64,000 nucleotides of DNA from Candidatus Nomurabacteria bacterium (lineage in GTDB: Bacteria > Patescibacteriota > Minisyncoccia > Phycocordibacterales > JAACPR01): contig JACKFZ010000005.1 of assembly GCA_020632215.1 (NCBI GenBank), positions 21,128 to 85,127 on the forward strand. The letters are read 5' to 3'. How positions within the stretch are numbered: position 1 is the stretch's first letter; each line of letters starts with the position of its first letter. The notes under the pieces were generated by a model. The model made no database searches and was not told the DNA's origin. It saw nothing but the letters and a program-made list of their open reading frames with translations. Of the stretch, positions 1 to 10,132 are shown piece after piece. Position numbers and translations under genes: made by a program.

Positions 1-1117
1 GAAATACTGCTACTTTTATCGGTGCTAATTTTGGATCAAGTTTCAAAACTACACGAGTTTCGCCATCCATTTCGTCTTCATGATAAGCATCGGAGATAAC
101 AGCCAAGAATAAACGACCAAGACCAACTGAAGTTTCCAAAATCCAAGGAATATACTTTTCATTTTTCTCTTGGTCAAAGTACCTCAAATCTTGTCCGGAA
201 AATTCCATATGCTGAGTTAAGTCGTAATCTGTACGATCGTGGATACCTTCTAGTTCATCAAAACCAAGAGATGGAAAGTTATATTCAATATCCCAGGCAT
301 CTTTTGCATAAAAAACTAGATTTTCATGTTGTTTCCACCTAAGATTTTCTTCCTTAATACCAATAGACTTGTACCAATCCCATCTGTCTTGCTTAATCTT
401 TTCGTAAGCTTCTTTGTTTTCATCTGGTCGAACAAAATATTGTGTATCAGCTTGTTCAAGTTCTCTTGTTCTAAACAGAAAACTTCTTGGTGAAATTTCG
501 TTTCTAAAAGCTTTACCTATCTGAGCAATACCAAATGGAATTTTTGGTTGCATGGTATCTACAATATTTTTAAAATTTAAATAAATTCCCTGACAGGCTT
601 CCCCAGGAAGGTAAACGGGCTCTTCTCCATCAGAAGTAAAATCTCCCAAATTAGATTTTACTAAAAGATTGAAAGCTTTTGCTTCAGTAAAATTCTTCTT
701 ACCACATTTAGGACAAGATATATTATTTCTATTCTCATCAAATAACTTATTTATTTCCTCTTCCGACATTTTTTCATCAGCAGTAACACCTACTTTTGCT
801 AGCTCTTTATCGACTCGAATACGAGCATTACATTCTTTACACTCGGCAAGAGGATCGGAGAATCCTCCAATATGCCCGCTAGCTTCCCAGACTTTTGGAT
901 GTTTAAACATACCAGAATCGATACCAAAATAATTTTCTTTGTCGTAGACATTAGCATTCCACCAAGCTTGCTTTATGTTATTCAAAAGCTCAACACCTCT
1001 GGGTCCAAAATCATAAATACCAGCCAATCCACCATATATCTCAGATCCTTGATAAATAAAGCCTCTCCTTTTGGCCAAGGAGACTATTTTTTCCATCTTA
1101 TCTTCGTTTTTTGACAT
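1..1117 (-). CDS. glyQS: glycyl-tRNA synthetase, alpha2 (archaeal/eukaryote-like) type, N-terminal part (gene runs off window start)
   Basis: Own translation of the minus strand from ATG at 1117: MSKNEDKMEKIVSLAKRRGFIYQGSEIYGGLAGIYDFGPRGVELLNNIKQAWW..., a canonical class II GlyRS N-terminus. Not in the ORF track because it is truncated by the window edge. Confidence 0.75.
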   Translation of the reverse strand, partial: MSKNEDKMEKIVSLAKRRGFIYQGSEIYGGLAGIYDFGPRGVELLNNIKQAWWNANVYDKENYFGIDSGMFKHPKVWEASGHIGGFSDPLAECKECNARIRVDKELAKVGVTADEKMSEEEINKLFDENRNNISCPKCGKKNFTEAKAFNLLVKSNLGDFTSDGEEPVYLPGEACQGIYLNFKNIVDTMQPKIPFGIAQIGKAFRNEISPRSFLFRTRELEQADTQYFVRPDENKEAYEKIKQDRWDWYKSIGIKEENLRWKQHENLVFYAKDAWDIEYNFPSLGFDELEGIHDRTDYDLTQHMEFSGQDLRYFDQEKNEKYIPWILETSVGLGRLFLAVISDAYHEDEMDGETRVVLKLDPKLAPIKVAVF

Positions 1118-1282
1118 AGAAACAGAATATCACTAAGTTAGTAAAAGTTCAAAACCACGTAGCAATTAGATGTCAGATGTCAGCTGTCAGCGATCAGCTA
1201 TTAGAGAGTTAGATTTGACACAAAAGCTAATTGATTGTAAATTATTTGAGAACCCTAATTTTAACTTAGCCCTTTTCATAAA

Positions 1283-1597
1283 ATGGAAATGACGCTCGAC
1301 CAATTCGTCCTGATCTTCGCACTATGTGTTGCCGTTTTTCAATTCGGAGGATTCTTCTTGGCCTTCCAAGCACAAAAAACAAAAGTTCTGTTTTTTAGAA
1401 TCGCCTACTTCATTTGGTCGATTGCTTCGTTCTGTATTGCATCAACTCTTGCAATCCAAGCAATCAATATATTTGAGGGAAAAGAAACCACCCTCAAAGA
1501 GTTTTTCCAGATGCTAATTGCGGGGCTCATTATAGCAATCCTGTTCCTCTGGGGCTCATCTTGTCAAAAAAAGACAAGTGCATCTTTAATTGACTGA
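1283..1597 (+). CDS. small membrane protein, hypothetical
   Basis: 104-aa ORF with three hydrophobic helices; TGA stop; followed by the terminator hairpin at 1605-1660. Confidence 0.4.
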   Translation: MEMTLDQFVLIFALCVAVFQFGGFFLAFQAQKTKVLFFRIAYFIWSIASFCIASTLAIQAINIFEGKETTLKEFFQMLIAGLIIAILFLWGSSCQKKTSASLID

Positions 1598-1779
1598 ACT
1601 CAAGCAGCCGCGCGCGCGGACCGGCCTTACCCGTCGGTCCCACTTCTTTTATTTATATTAGTTTTTAGTGCCTAGTGGTTAGTTTATAGTTTTCAGGTAA
1701 TAGAATAAATAATTGACAGAAAAAATGGTTAAGGTAAGTTAATGAAGAACCCCGCACTGTAACTTCAGCTCTTAAAAAG

Positions 1780-2280
1780 ATGAGTGATTGGATAATAATC
1801 AATATCATGGTTTTTGGCCCCATGATGGTCTTCTTGCTTGCGGCACTTGTCTGTAAGCACAAAATGATCAAGGGAAGTACACAATGGAACATTGGCATGA
1901 CAGTTTGTGCTATTTTACTGCTATGTCTTTCATTCTTCCCGTGGCTCCTGGCCCAAGTGAAATACTCCCAAAATCCAGACTGTATGTCTCTGGCAATACT
2001 GACTTATGCCTTGTTTGTCATAGGGCTAACGAAAGCAAAAGAAAGTATCAGAGAATTTGCAGGAATTTTCGGGATAAATTCAATACGGCCGGAAAGTATC
2101 GGCAACTTTCTGATTTCTTTCAGCAAAAGCCTGACAATGTTCACACTGAGTGCAACCATGTGGCAAGCATCAATGAGTCCATCGAGTTTCTCTTTTTCCA
2201 TCTCGATAATGGCAGCAGCGATACTCTACTGGATATCGGCCAAAATGACACACTTCCTGTTGTCTCACGACCTGATATGA
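1780..2280 (+). CDS. membrane protein, hypothetical
   Basis: 166-aa ORF with multiple TM segments; followed by a duplicated copy of the same terminator module (2300-2345). Confidence 0.4.
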   Translation: MSDWIIINIMVFGPMMVFLLAALVCKHKMIKGSTQWNIGMTVCAILLLCLSFFPWLLAQVKYSQNPDCMSLAILTYALFVIGLTKAKESIREFAGIFGINSIRPESIGNFLISFSKSLTMFTLSATMWQASMSPSSFSFSISIMAAAILYWISAKMTHFLLSHDLI

Positions 2281-2460
2281 GACTTTCAACCTTCTCTCAC
2301 CTGTTGTGGACCGGCCCCATTCGTCGGTCCCACTTCTTTTTATTTATATTAGTTTCTAGTGCTCAGCTATTAGCTGTCAGCGGTCAGAAAGTTAGGTCAC
2401 TTATATAAAAACTAACCTCTGATATCTGATGTCTGATGTCTAATGTCTGATGTCTAATTA

Positions 2461-4383
2461 CTACTCCACCACCTGACTCGTTTCATTAGCACTATTACCA
2501 TATAGTTCTGTTGTAACGTCCTCTGCGACAGTCTCTATATTTCTATCTATGAAAGTATCAAGTGCTGCAAACCTCACATTACTAACCAACACTGGTGCAC
2601 CACCAATTTGACTAGCACTAGGGGTTAAGCCGACTTGGAAACTAACTTTCCTTGTTGGCAAAGTATATCCTGCAAAAGCCGAAACATCACCAAGTTTCCA
2701 CTCAATAATTCGAGAGATTGGATCATAATTGATAGTCTCTCCGCCACCAGTGACAATATTTTTCCACTTAACATAATTTGGCAGACTAGCAGTCAAAACT
2801 CCGTTAGATAAATTATTAGATGTATTATCTAGTTCCAAATCTATTGTGTAAGTTGTCTCTTGATCAACCTTTGGGGGAATAGGTCCAGAATCAGAGGATA
2901 ATCTGGTAGAAAAAGCTTGTAAGTCGATATCAGACACAAATCTAACTCTACTGAAACTTGTAGATTGGACTTCTTCTTGGACTTCTGTTTCCGAAGTTCG
3001 TAGACCGGAAGAGGTAATATTCATAGTAATTTCTGGATTTTTAAAGACAGTACTCCCAGATGCCAAAGGTTTTGTCTGAAAAGTAAAAGCCAAAACACCT
3101 GTATCGCCCGCTTGTATTTCTGTCAGATCTCCTTTAGTACTCTTGTCCCATAAGATAGTATTGTCAGTTGAGCGGTAAAATCCATCAGAAACACGAACGG
3201 AATTTTTATCTAAAACATCACCGTTAAAACTCAAGACTACTTTAGCATTACTAATATTTGAATTTGTATTATTGGCATATCTCAACTCAGCTTGAACAAG
3301 TTGATTGCCTTGCTTCACCACTTCCCCGTCAGTATTTCCGTCGAGAGAAAGACGAACATCAAAGAATGGTCGACTAATCGTCACAGACTTAGGTATAGTG
3401 GTAAAAACAATTCCAATATTATCTTTTACTTCTTCATCTCGAATTCCTGTAGTAAATTTAAAAACTCTCTCCTCTTTGTCCTGACCGAGCAACCTTCCTC
3501 TAATCTGGAATCTTTGTGTTTCTTTTGGTTTCAAAACTTCAAAAAACCATTTGTTATCTCCGGTATAAGGGTCTCTTGTTGTACTCTCTACCTCAAAGCC
3601 AAATGGATATACGGCTTCTAACATCACATTTTGTAAAATTTGATTTGAATTAGAACTAACAGAAACATCAAAAACTAACTCTTGCCCAGCGTTTACTTCT
3701 TTAACATTATCAACTAACAGTCGAATTGGTGAGGATTGCAGGACAACATCAAAAGTTTTTTTCTTTTCAAAAATCGCATTAGATTCAGGTAATCGATATT
3801 CGACAGAAACAATTATTTCTTTATCTTCTCCCTCTTCCCCGAACAGTGCTGCGGCATATGTTCTCTTCACAACAGTTCCAGGTTCTAGGTTACCTAATCC
3901 TTCCCTGATACGAGGTAAATCTGTTCTCAAGTCATCAGCCTGTTTTGTACCATCAGGGTATTCAATGACCAGATCAACTGTTTGAATAACGCCAGCATTA
4001 CTATTTTGCACAACAATGTCTAAGGTCAATTCTTCACCACCACCAATAGAAACTGGTCCTATGACATTGATGTCCACATCATTTCCCGCTACATTCGATG
4101 TTCCATTCAAAAAATTAAAGAACCCATAAACAGCTGCTCCGATGAAAAATAAAAAAGCTATAACAGCAAATACAATGAACCAATTCAATCTCTTCTTCGG
4201 CTTATACTCTGAAATCATTGTGTTCAAATCTCCGTCATCCCAACTTTCATTGGCAGCATACCCTTTTGGTTTCAAATCTTTCCTCGGCTTAAGACCAGCA
4301 TATTTGCTTGGAGAATATAGATTGTCCTGAACTTTCTCCAACTTTGTTCTATCATCTCTATTTGGTGGTGTAATATCTTGCAT
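2461..4383 (-). CDS. large membrane-anchored extracytoplasmic protein, hypothetical
   Basis: ORF track 2461..4443. The first 20 codons overlap a perfect palindrome/terminator; the likely start is MQDITPP at 4383. One TM helix near residue 90, then a roughly 550-aa Ser/Thr/Asn-rich ectodomain. Confidence 0.5.
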   Translation of the reverse strand: MQDITPPNRDDRTKLEKVQDNLYSPSKYAGLKPRKDLKPKGYAANESWDDGDLNTMISEYKPKKRLNWFIVFAVIAFLFFIGAAVYGFFNFLNGTSNVAGNDVDINVIGPVSIGGGEELTLDIVVQNSNAGVIQTVDLVIEYPDGTKQADDLRTDLPRIREGLGNLEPGTVVKRTYAAALFGEEGEDKEIIVSVEYRLPESNAIFEKKKTFDVVLQSSPIRLLVDNVKEVNAGQELVFDVSVSSNSNQILQNVMLEAVYPFGFEVESTTRDPYTGDNKWFFEVLKPKETQRFQIRGRLLGQDKEERVFKFTTGIRDEEVKDNIGIVFTTIPKSVTISRPFFDVRLSLDGNTDGEVVKQGNQLVQAELRYANNTNSNISNAKVVLSFNGDVLDKNSVRVSDGFYRSTDNTILWDKSTKGDLTEIQAGDTGVLAFTFQTKPLASGSTVFKNPEITMNITSSGLRTSETEVQEEVQSTSFSRVRFVSDIDLQAFSTRLSSDSGPIPPKVDQETTYTIDLELDNTSNNLSNGVLTASLPNYVKWKNIVTGGGETINYDPISRIIEWKLGDVSAFAGYTLPTRKVSFQVGLTPSASQIGGAPVLVSNVRFAALDTFIDRNIETVAEDVTTELYGNSANETSQVVE

Positions 4384-4442
4384 TGAAAATATTATATCAG
4401 AAAAAACCCGTCGACCTGCCACGTCGACGTGGCAGGTCGACA

Positions 4443-5030
4443 TTAAAGCTGACTCTCCTTCAATGCTCTATTGATTTCAGAGAGAACTACTTTTCTGCTT
4501 CTTTTTATTTCTTCAATGTGCTCATTTTTCATAGAATTGTCCAGAATAAAAAATTGTAAGTCTTTGTGATCACCTACATATCCAAGATTATTCAAAATCC
4601 TTAAAACCAAAACACATTCAATATCTTTTATTTGATCATCGAATAAATGATCTTTTTCTAAAAATAAAATAGCGTTATTCAAAATATCGAAAAGGTGTTC
4701 GTTTTTCTCTTCTCCGTTAATGAGTCTTCCCAATAGAGAAAATATTCTGGCTACTAATCTAAATCTTTGATCAGAACCTAATTGGTAATAAATATTTGAA
4801 AGAGAATATGCATTAGTTATGCGCCAACCTGTTTTTCCAAACACTAAGGCAATATTTGCCAGAGAATATTTTTGCAAAGCAAATCTAAGTTTCGACTTTT
4901 CAAATCTAATACCTTGGGCAGAAGCATAAATCAGTCCAAAATCTTTAGTAAATAAAACAAAAGTTTTGCCTGCCTCACCATTCGGCCGTTCATCTAAAAC
5001 ATATGCATCTGTGTGATATATAGTATGCAT
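4443..5030 (-). CDS. recO: DNA repair protein RecO-like
   Basis: N-terminal OB-fold pattern DAYVLDERPNGEAGKTFVLFTKDFGLIYASAQGIRFEKSKL...LANIALVFGKTGWRITNA matches the RecO family. Confidence 0.55.
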   Translation of the reverse strand: MHTIYHTDAYVLDERPNGEAGKTFVLFTKDFGLIYASAQGIRFEKSKLRFALQKYSLANIALVFGKTGWRITNAYSLSNIYYQLGSDQRFRLVARIFSLLGRLINGEEKNEHLFDILNNAILFLEKDHLFDDQIKDIECVLVLRILNNLGYVGDHKDLQFFILDNSMKNEHIEEIKRSRKVVLSEINRALKESQL

Positions 5031-5138
5031 GGTTACCTGTCATCCCAGATTCTAAACCAGAACTTTAGTCAAAAATATATGCTTAAAGTTGTTCGGTTTT
5101 CCAGACTCCGCCTAAGGCGGATCTGGAATGACCTTTTA

Positions 5139-8100
5139 TTATTTTACAATACTAATCTTCACTTCTCCAAAACTTAGACCAACTACTTCTCCATCTTCAT
5201 CAATAAATTTAAATTCTGAAATACCAGCTGTACTTTCTATCTCTTTTCTAAACATGTGAATCAAATGTTCTGCTGATTTTGAAATAGTCAAAGTAATTTT
5301 GTCACTTGGCTTCAAATTCATATTTTTTCTCAGACTTTGGATAGAACGAATAAGCTCCCGAGAATCTCCTTCGTTTTTCAAATCTTCGGTAATATTTGTA
5401 TCTAGTTCAACTTTTTTGTCTAACCCAATATCATAATTTACTTCCTTAACATTGACTTCATCTTTTATAAGATCAATTAGGCTAGCTTCGTAATGAGATA
5501 TCTTCACGTTAGTCTTCATAGACTGAAGTGGTTGTCGAACTTTTATACCAGCCTTTGTCCTAGCTTCCAAAGCAATACTGATGAGGTCTCTAATTTCATA
5601 CATTCTCTGTATTAAAGATTGATCAAAACTAGATTTTTTACCAAATAATTTTGCAAAAAATGAAACACTTTGAACTTGTGGCCAATCTTCTAAGTGAACA
5701 CTTTCTTTTCTACCTCCAATTCTCTGATAAACATCTTCTGCAAGATAAGGAGTAAAAGGTGCCATTATTTTTGACAGTTCTATCAAAACAAATTTCATTG
5801 TTTTCAACGCATTTTCCTTATCACCATCTTCCTTAAATCTATCTCTAGATCTTCTAACATACCAAGTAGAAAGATCATCGATAAAATCCAAGATTGGTCT
5901 CTCTGCCCTATCAAGTTTGTATGCTTCCATATTTTCTGTCACTTCTGCAATTGTCTGAGACAATTTAGCTAAAATCCATTTATCTAAAATATTTTCTGAT
6001 TGACTTGAACCTTCTACTTTCTTATCGGCATAAAGTTTATAGAAGGAGACAACGTTTCTTAAACGTAAAATTATTTTTTTATAAATTTCATCAACTCCTT
6101 TTTCTGAAAAATTTAAGTCTTCTGATTGAACTACTGGTGAAGAAAGCAAATAATATCTTTCTGCATCAACACCATATTTATCAAAAATTAACCAAGGGTC
6201 TGGAAAATTGTTTTTTGATTTTGACATCTTTGATCCATCTTCGGCCAAAATATTCCCTGTTGTCACCACATTTTCAAATGGAACATTGTCAAATAGTATG
6301 GCTGAAAGAATATGTGTGTAATAAAACCATGTTCTTGTCTGAGCAATATACTCAGCTACAAACTGTGCTGGGAAATTTCTTTTGAAATTTTCTTTATTTT
6401 CAAAAGGATAATGTTTTTGTGCAAAAGGCATTGATCCAGACTCAACCCAACAATCAATAACTTCAGAGATTCTAGTAAACTTTTTGTCATTCTCTTCAAA
6501 AGTAATGTCGTCAATATATGGTCGGTGAAAATCTAATTCGTAATTATCGTTATGTGGAATTGTCGCGAAATCATATTTTTCGTAATATCCAGGAACAACG
6601 ACTTCTCCTATTTTTTTTCTCATAGAAACAGTATCTGTAATATCTAAACCATTTTGCATAGCCTTTAACATCCAGACACAATATTCGTGAGTAATGATAA
6701 GAATATTTTTTGCTTGATATTTTTTATCTATTTCATAAATAAAATCGCCACATCTTTTCCTCAAATCCAAAATAGACTCTCCACCTTTTGATGGTTTAGT
6801 CATTTTTTCTTCCAATGATGCGAATTGTTCTCGATATTCTTTGCCTAATTTACCATTAAAATTACCAGCTTGAATCTCTTTTATTCTGTCATCTACTAAA
6901 ACATTACTTTTATCCAAACCTAAGCCCTTAGCTACAATGTCTGCAGTTTGTGTTGTTCTATCCAACGGCGAAGTGATGATCAAATCAATATTTTGATTTT
7001 TGAAAAACTCTATTGAATTTCTGACTTCCTCTTTTCCTTTTTCTGTTAAATCACTTTTGACATCATTAGTTGAACAGACAAAATCATCAACATTGCTTTG
7101 TGCTTCACCATGTCGCATGACGAAATATTTGTTTGTGCTTTTTGTTTTTTCTTTTAATTCATCCAAAGATCCGAGAACTTTTAATTCCATTCCATCTTCA
7201 GATTTCCAAAAAGGCAAAGGTGACGCCCAATATCTATTTCTAGAAATGTTCCAATCTGGTGCACTTTCCATACTTTTTTTGAATCTTCCTTCTTTCAAAT
7301 GTTCTGGCACCCAATTGATCTTATTGTTCAAATCCAAAGCTCTTTGTTTAACACTTTGAATATTTATAAACCAAGCAGAAAGTGCGTTATAGAAAAGAGG
7401 AGTCTCACATCTAAAACAATGGGGGTAGGAGTGAATTATTTTTTCTTTTGAAAAAAGCTTCCCTCTATGTGCTAGATTTTTAATAATCTCGATATCTGTT
7501 GATTGGTGAAAATCTTTTTGTTCTGGTGTTGATTTTGGCTTTACTTTGATACCTGCAAACTCTGTCACTTTGTCTATAAAAGTGCCGTTTTGAGCAACAT
7601 GATAGATCAAAGGTAAATTAACCTTTTTTGCTAAAACCATATCTTCTTCACCATACACTGGTGCAAGATGGACAATTCCAGTTCCCTGCTCTGTGGTGAC
7701 ATAATCCGCATTCCATATTTTCCAAATATTTTCTTTATTCTTCAATGGAACATCTTTGAAGTAGTCAAAAACGGGCAAATAACTTTTACCGATCAGATCT
7801 TCTGTATTAACTTTTTCTCCATTAACATCTTCTTTAAAAACTTTTTCAGCTAAATCTTTAGCGACAATATATTTCCCATCTTCTCTAATAACTTGTATAT
7901 ATTCCAAATCTTTATTTATGGCAGCCGCCACATTTCCTGGTAAAGTCCACGGAGTGGTTGTCCAAGCAAGTAAATATGTTTTCAGTTCACTTGCCCCGTT
8001 TGACGCAGTCGTCGAAGACGACTTTTCGTCATTTACGGGGTCAATAAGTTCAAGCTTAACAGTGACAGAAATATCGGTTATGTCTTTGTAACTGTTGTCC

Positions 8101-8741
8101 ATGGCAATCTCTGAGTTTGCAATAGGAGTCTCACATCTAGGACAATAAGGTAAAACTTTTTCTCCTTCATACAAAAGTCCTTTGTTATGAATTTCTTTCA
8201 GTGCCCACCACACAGATTCTATGTAACTATTCTGCATTGTTAAATATGCACCATCAAAGTCTACCCATCGGGCCATACGTTCAACAGTTCTTTTCCATGC
8301 ATCTACATATTCCAAAACTTGAGCTCGGGCAGTTTCATTAAATTGTTGAATGCCGATTTTTTCAATTTCCTTTTTACCAGAAATTCCTAATTTCTTTTCA
8401 ACAATATTTTCTATTGGTAAACCGTGAGTATCCCAACCCCATCGTCTCTCCACTCTTTTTCCTCGCATTGTCTGGTATCTAGGTACCACATCTTTGATTG
8501 TACTAGCTAAAATATGTCCATGATGTGGTAAGCCAGTAGCAAAAGGAGGTCCATCATAAAAAACATAACTACCATTTGGCGATGGTTTTTTTAAACTTTT
8601 TTCAAAAATTTGATTATCTTGCCAAAATTTCAGTATTTCTTCTTCACGTAAAGCCACTTCAGACTTTTTTTGGCTATTTGAGTCAGTCATAGGACATACA
8701 ATACGATGAAATAAAGGTTTTTTCAAGACACTACCCCGCAC
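5139..8741 (-). CDS. ileS: isoleucyl-tRNA synthetase (type 2) with an inserted histidine-phosphatase domain
   Basis: HIGH motif PFATGLPHHGHIL, KMSKS motif, DWNISRNRYW and CWVESGSMPF blocks. 1200 aa, about 190 aa longer than usual because of an insertion at residues ~537-733 carrying RHGEAQSN / SPLDRTTQTA / ITHE. The true start is probably M18 (MTDSNSQKK). Confidence 0.9.
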   Translation of the reverse strand: MRGSVLKKPLFHRIVCPMTDSNSQKKSEVALREEEILKFWQDNQIFEKSLKKPSPNGSYVFYDGPPFATGLPHHGHILASTIKDVVPRYQTMRGKRVERRWGWDTHGLPIENIVEKKLGISGKKEIEKIGIQQFNETARAQVLEYVDAWKRTVERMARWVDFDGAYLTMQNSYIESVWWALKEIHNKGLLYEGEKVLPYCPRCETPIANSEIAMDNSYKDITDISVTVKLELIDPVNDEKSSSTTASNGASELKTYLLAWTTTPWTLPGNVAAAINKDLEYIQVIREDGKYIVAKDLAEKVFKEDVNGEKVNTEDLIGKSYLPVFDYFKDVPLKNKENIWKIWNADYVTTEQGTGIVHLAPVYGEEDMVLAKKVNLPLIYHVAQNGTFIDKVTEFAGIKVKPKSTPEQKDFHQSTDIEIIKNLAHRGKLFSKEKIIHSYPHCFRCETPLFYNALSAWFINIQSVKQRALDLNNKINWVPEHLKEGRFKKSMESAPDWNISRNRYWASPLPFWKSEDGMELKVLGSLDELKEKTKSTNKYFVMRHGEAQSNVDDFVCSTNDVKSDLTEKGKEEVRNSIEFFKNQNIDLIITSPLDRTTQTADIVAKGLGLDKSNVLVDDRIKEIQAGNFNGKLGKEYREQFASLEEKMTKPSKGGESILDLRKRCGDFIYEIDKKYQAKNILIITHEYCVWMLKAMQNGLDITDTVSMRKKIGEVVVPGYYEKYDFATIPHNDNYELDFHRPYIDDITFEENDKKFTRISEVIDCWVESGSMPFAQKHYPFENKENFKRNFPAQFVAEYIAQTRTWFYYTHILSAILFDNVPFENVVTTGNILAEDGSKMSKSKNNFPDPWLIFDKYGVDAERYYLLSSPVVQSEDLNFSEKGVDEIYKKIILRLRNVVSFYKLYADKKVEGSSQSENILDKWILAKLSQTIAEVTENMEAYKLDRAERPILDFIDDLSTWYVRRSRDRFKEDGDKENALKTMKFVLIELSKIMAPFTPYLAEDVYQRIGGRKESVHLEDWPQVQSVSFFAKLFGKKSSFDQSLIQRMYEIRDLISIALEARTKAGIKVRQPLQSMKTNVKISHYEASLIDLIKDEVNVKEVNYDIGLDKKVELDTNITEDLKNEGDSRELIRSIQSLRKNMNLKPSDKITLTISKSAEHLIHMFRKEIESTAGISEFKFIDEDGEVVGLSFGEVKISIVK

Positions 8742-8802
8742 TGAGCTATGCTCTGGTATAGGGTAAAGTGAAACAGCCGTCTTGCCTCCTACAAAACGAC
8801 TG

Positions 8803-9063
8803 CTATTTTTTGTGTGCGTATAGGGCTTGTCTCATCCAATCATCGTTACCGAATTGGACATCAGCTTGTCGGACCATCTTTTTGGCTCGACGTTTGTCGA
8901 TGGAATATTTTTCAACTCCATCAGGTAGTTCAGCCACCTTATCAATCTTGGTAGCATGCTGACCTTCAATCATTTCAGCACGATACCAGTGATTCTCTAG
9001 CTGGAAGAAGACTGAAATGGAAAGTTTGCCATTCAAGTCTTCAACTTTTTTGAATGCTTTCAT
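8803..9063 (-). CDS. hypothetical protein (GC-rich island)
   Basis: 86-aa ORF with strong AAAGGAGG SD; local GC is well above the genome background. Confidence 0.35.
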   Translation of the reverse strand: MKAFKKVEDLNGKLSISVFFQLENHWYRAEMIEGQHATKIDKVAELPDGVEKYSIDKRRAKKMVRQADVQFGNDDWMRQALYAHKK

Positions 9064-9291
9064 CTCGGCCTCCTTTCTAAGTTTGGTTTAATACTTTTAA
9101 AGTCACCATAACATACTGAGAGTATAAATCAAAAAATTATTTATCCTTTATTTTTTAAAAATCACCTGCTCATTGCCCGCCCAGAGGGTGGGGGTTAACC
9201 ACTTAAGTTATATTATACCAATCGCAAATAAAACCACGTTAAAGAAAAAATAAATTTTTTATGAAAATTTAAATAAAAATAAAAGAAGCGC

Positions 9292-9729
9292 TCAACCCAA
9301 AAGGGAGGCGCTGGATCCTTCAACAATTTCATACTCGAAATGTTCTTGAAGAAGAATTGGGTACCTAGCCGCAGCGAGTAAGACCGCTTCCCAGTGAGGA
9401 GATCGATCATCGTCTTCAAGAATCGGTTGTCGAGAAAATTCTTCAAAGTTACCGATTACATGAGGAAGATTCTCGAACACATGACCTTCTTGTAAGATAC
9501 TGAGAACTAACTCTTGATCTGTTGGGTTGCTTGATGGCCAAGAATCAACAGCCCCAGTAAAAAGAATGTAATTCGCGGCATCACGAATTGAGCATTCTTC
9601 GTCTATTGCAGCCCACATGAGAAGGATGATGATATCCATATCATCAAAGTGCTCGTGCCGATCTCTGAACAGAGTCTCTACGGCATAGAAGACGCTGTCA
9701 GGAATATCAGGATGCTTATTGTTGTTCAT
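9292..9729 (-). CDS. hypothetical protein (GC-rich island)
   Basis: 145-aa ORF in the same GC-rich island. Confidence 0.35.
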   Translation of the reverse strand: MNNNKHPDIPDSVFYAVETLFRDRHEHFDDMDIIILLMWAAIDEECSIRDAANYILFTGAVDSWPSSNPTDQELVLSILQEGHVFENLPHVIGNFEEFSRQPILEDDDRSPHWEAVLLAAARYPILLQEHFEYEIVEGSSASLLG

Positions 9730-9850
9730 TTCAGAATTTTTCTAGGGGTTAAATTTAAAACCGATGAATCAAAGTAGCTGCTTTTCGAACGAAAGAAATT
9801 CGAAGAGGAATTTCGCGAGAAAAACAGATAGCTTTTTCATAGCCACATTG

Positions 9851-10132
9851 CTACATCCAAAGACGCACTCTCTCAATCTCTTGATAACGTTCCCACGATT
9901 GGTCTCCGAAAATGTGTCGATGTGAATACAAAGCATTCCACGTTTGCACCAAAAAGAACTGGAGCAGAACTTTGGCCATCGCATCCTCACCGTCCACGGC
10001 CAACTGGAACAAGTGTCCGCATGTATGTTCCTCGTCTTTCAAAGGACCAAACCGTTGGACAAAATCTTGAACATAATTCCCCCTTTGTTTGAGCAGGAGA
10101 TCATAGCAAAAAGAAGCTGATGGTTCCTTCAT
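9851..10132 (-). CDS. hypothetical protein (GC-rich island)
   Basis: 93-aa ORF in the same GC-rich island. Confidence 0.3.
   Translation of the reverse strand: MKEPSASFCYDLLLKQRGNYVQDFVQRFGPLKDEEHTCGHLFQLAVDGEDAMAKVLLQFFLVQTWNALYSHRHIFGDQSWERYQEIERVRLWM

Noticed and set aside
1884-2408. 174-aa ORF overlapping the 1780..2280 membrane gene in another frame
   Set aside because: Same-strand out-of-frame overlap with a better TM-rich ORF, and it extends through the terminator/repeat cassette; judged spurious. The same applies to other antisense or overlapping track ORFs (3292..3621, 6005..6385, 7000..7359, 10674..11099, 12453..12857, 12484..12714, 21083..21410, 53157..53678, 57757..58068, 61703..62205).
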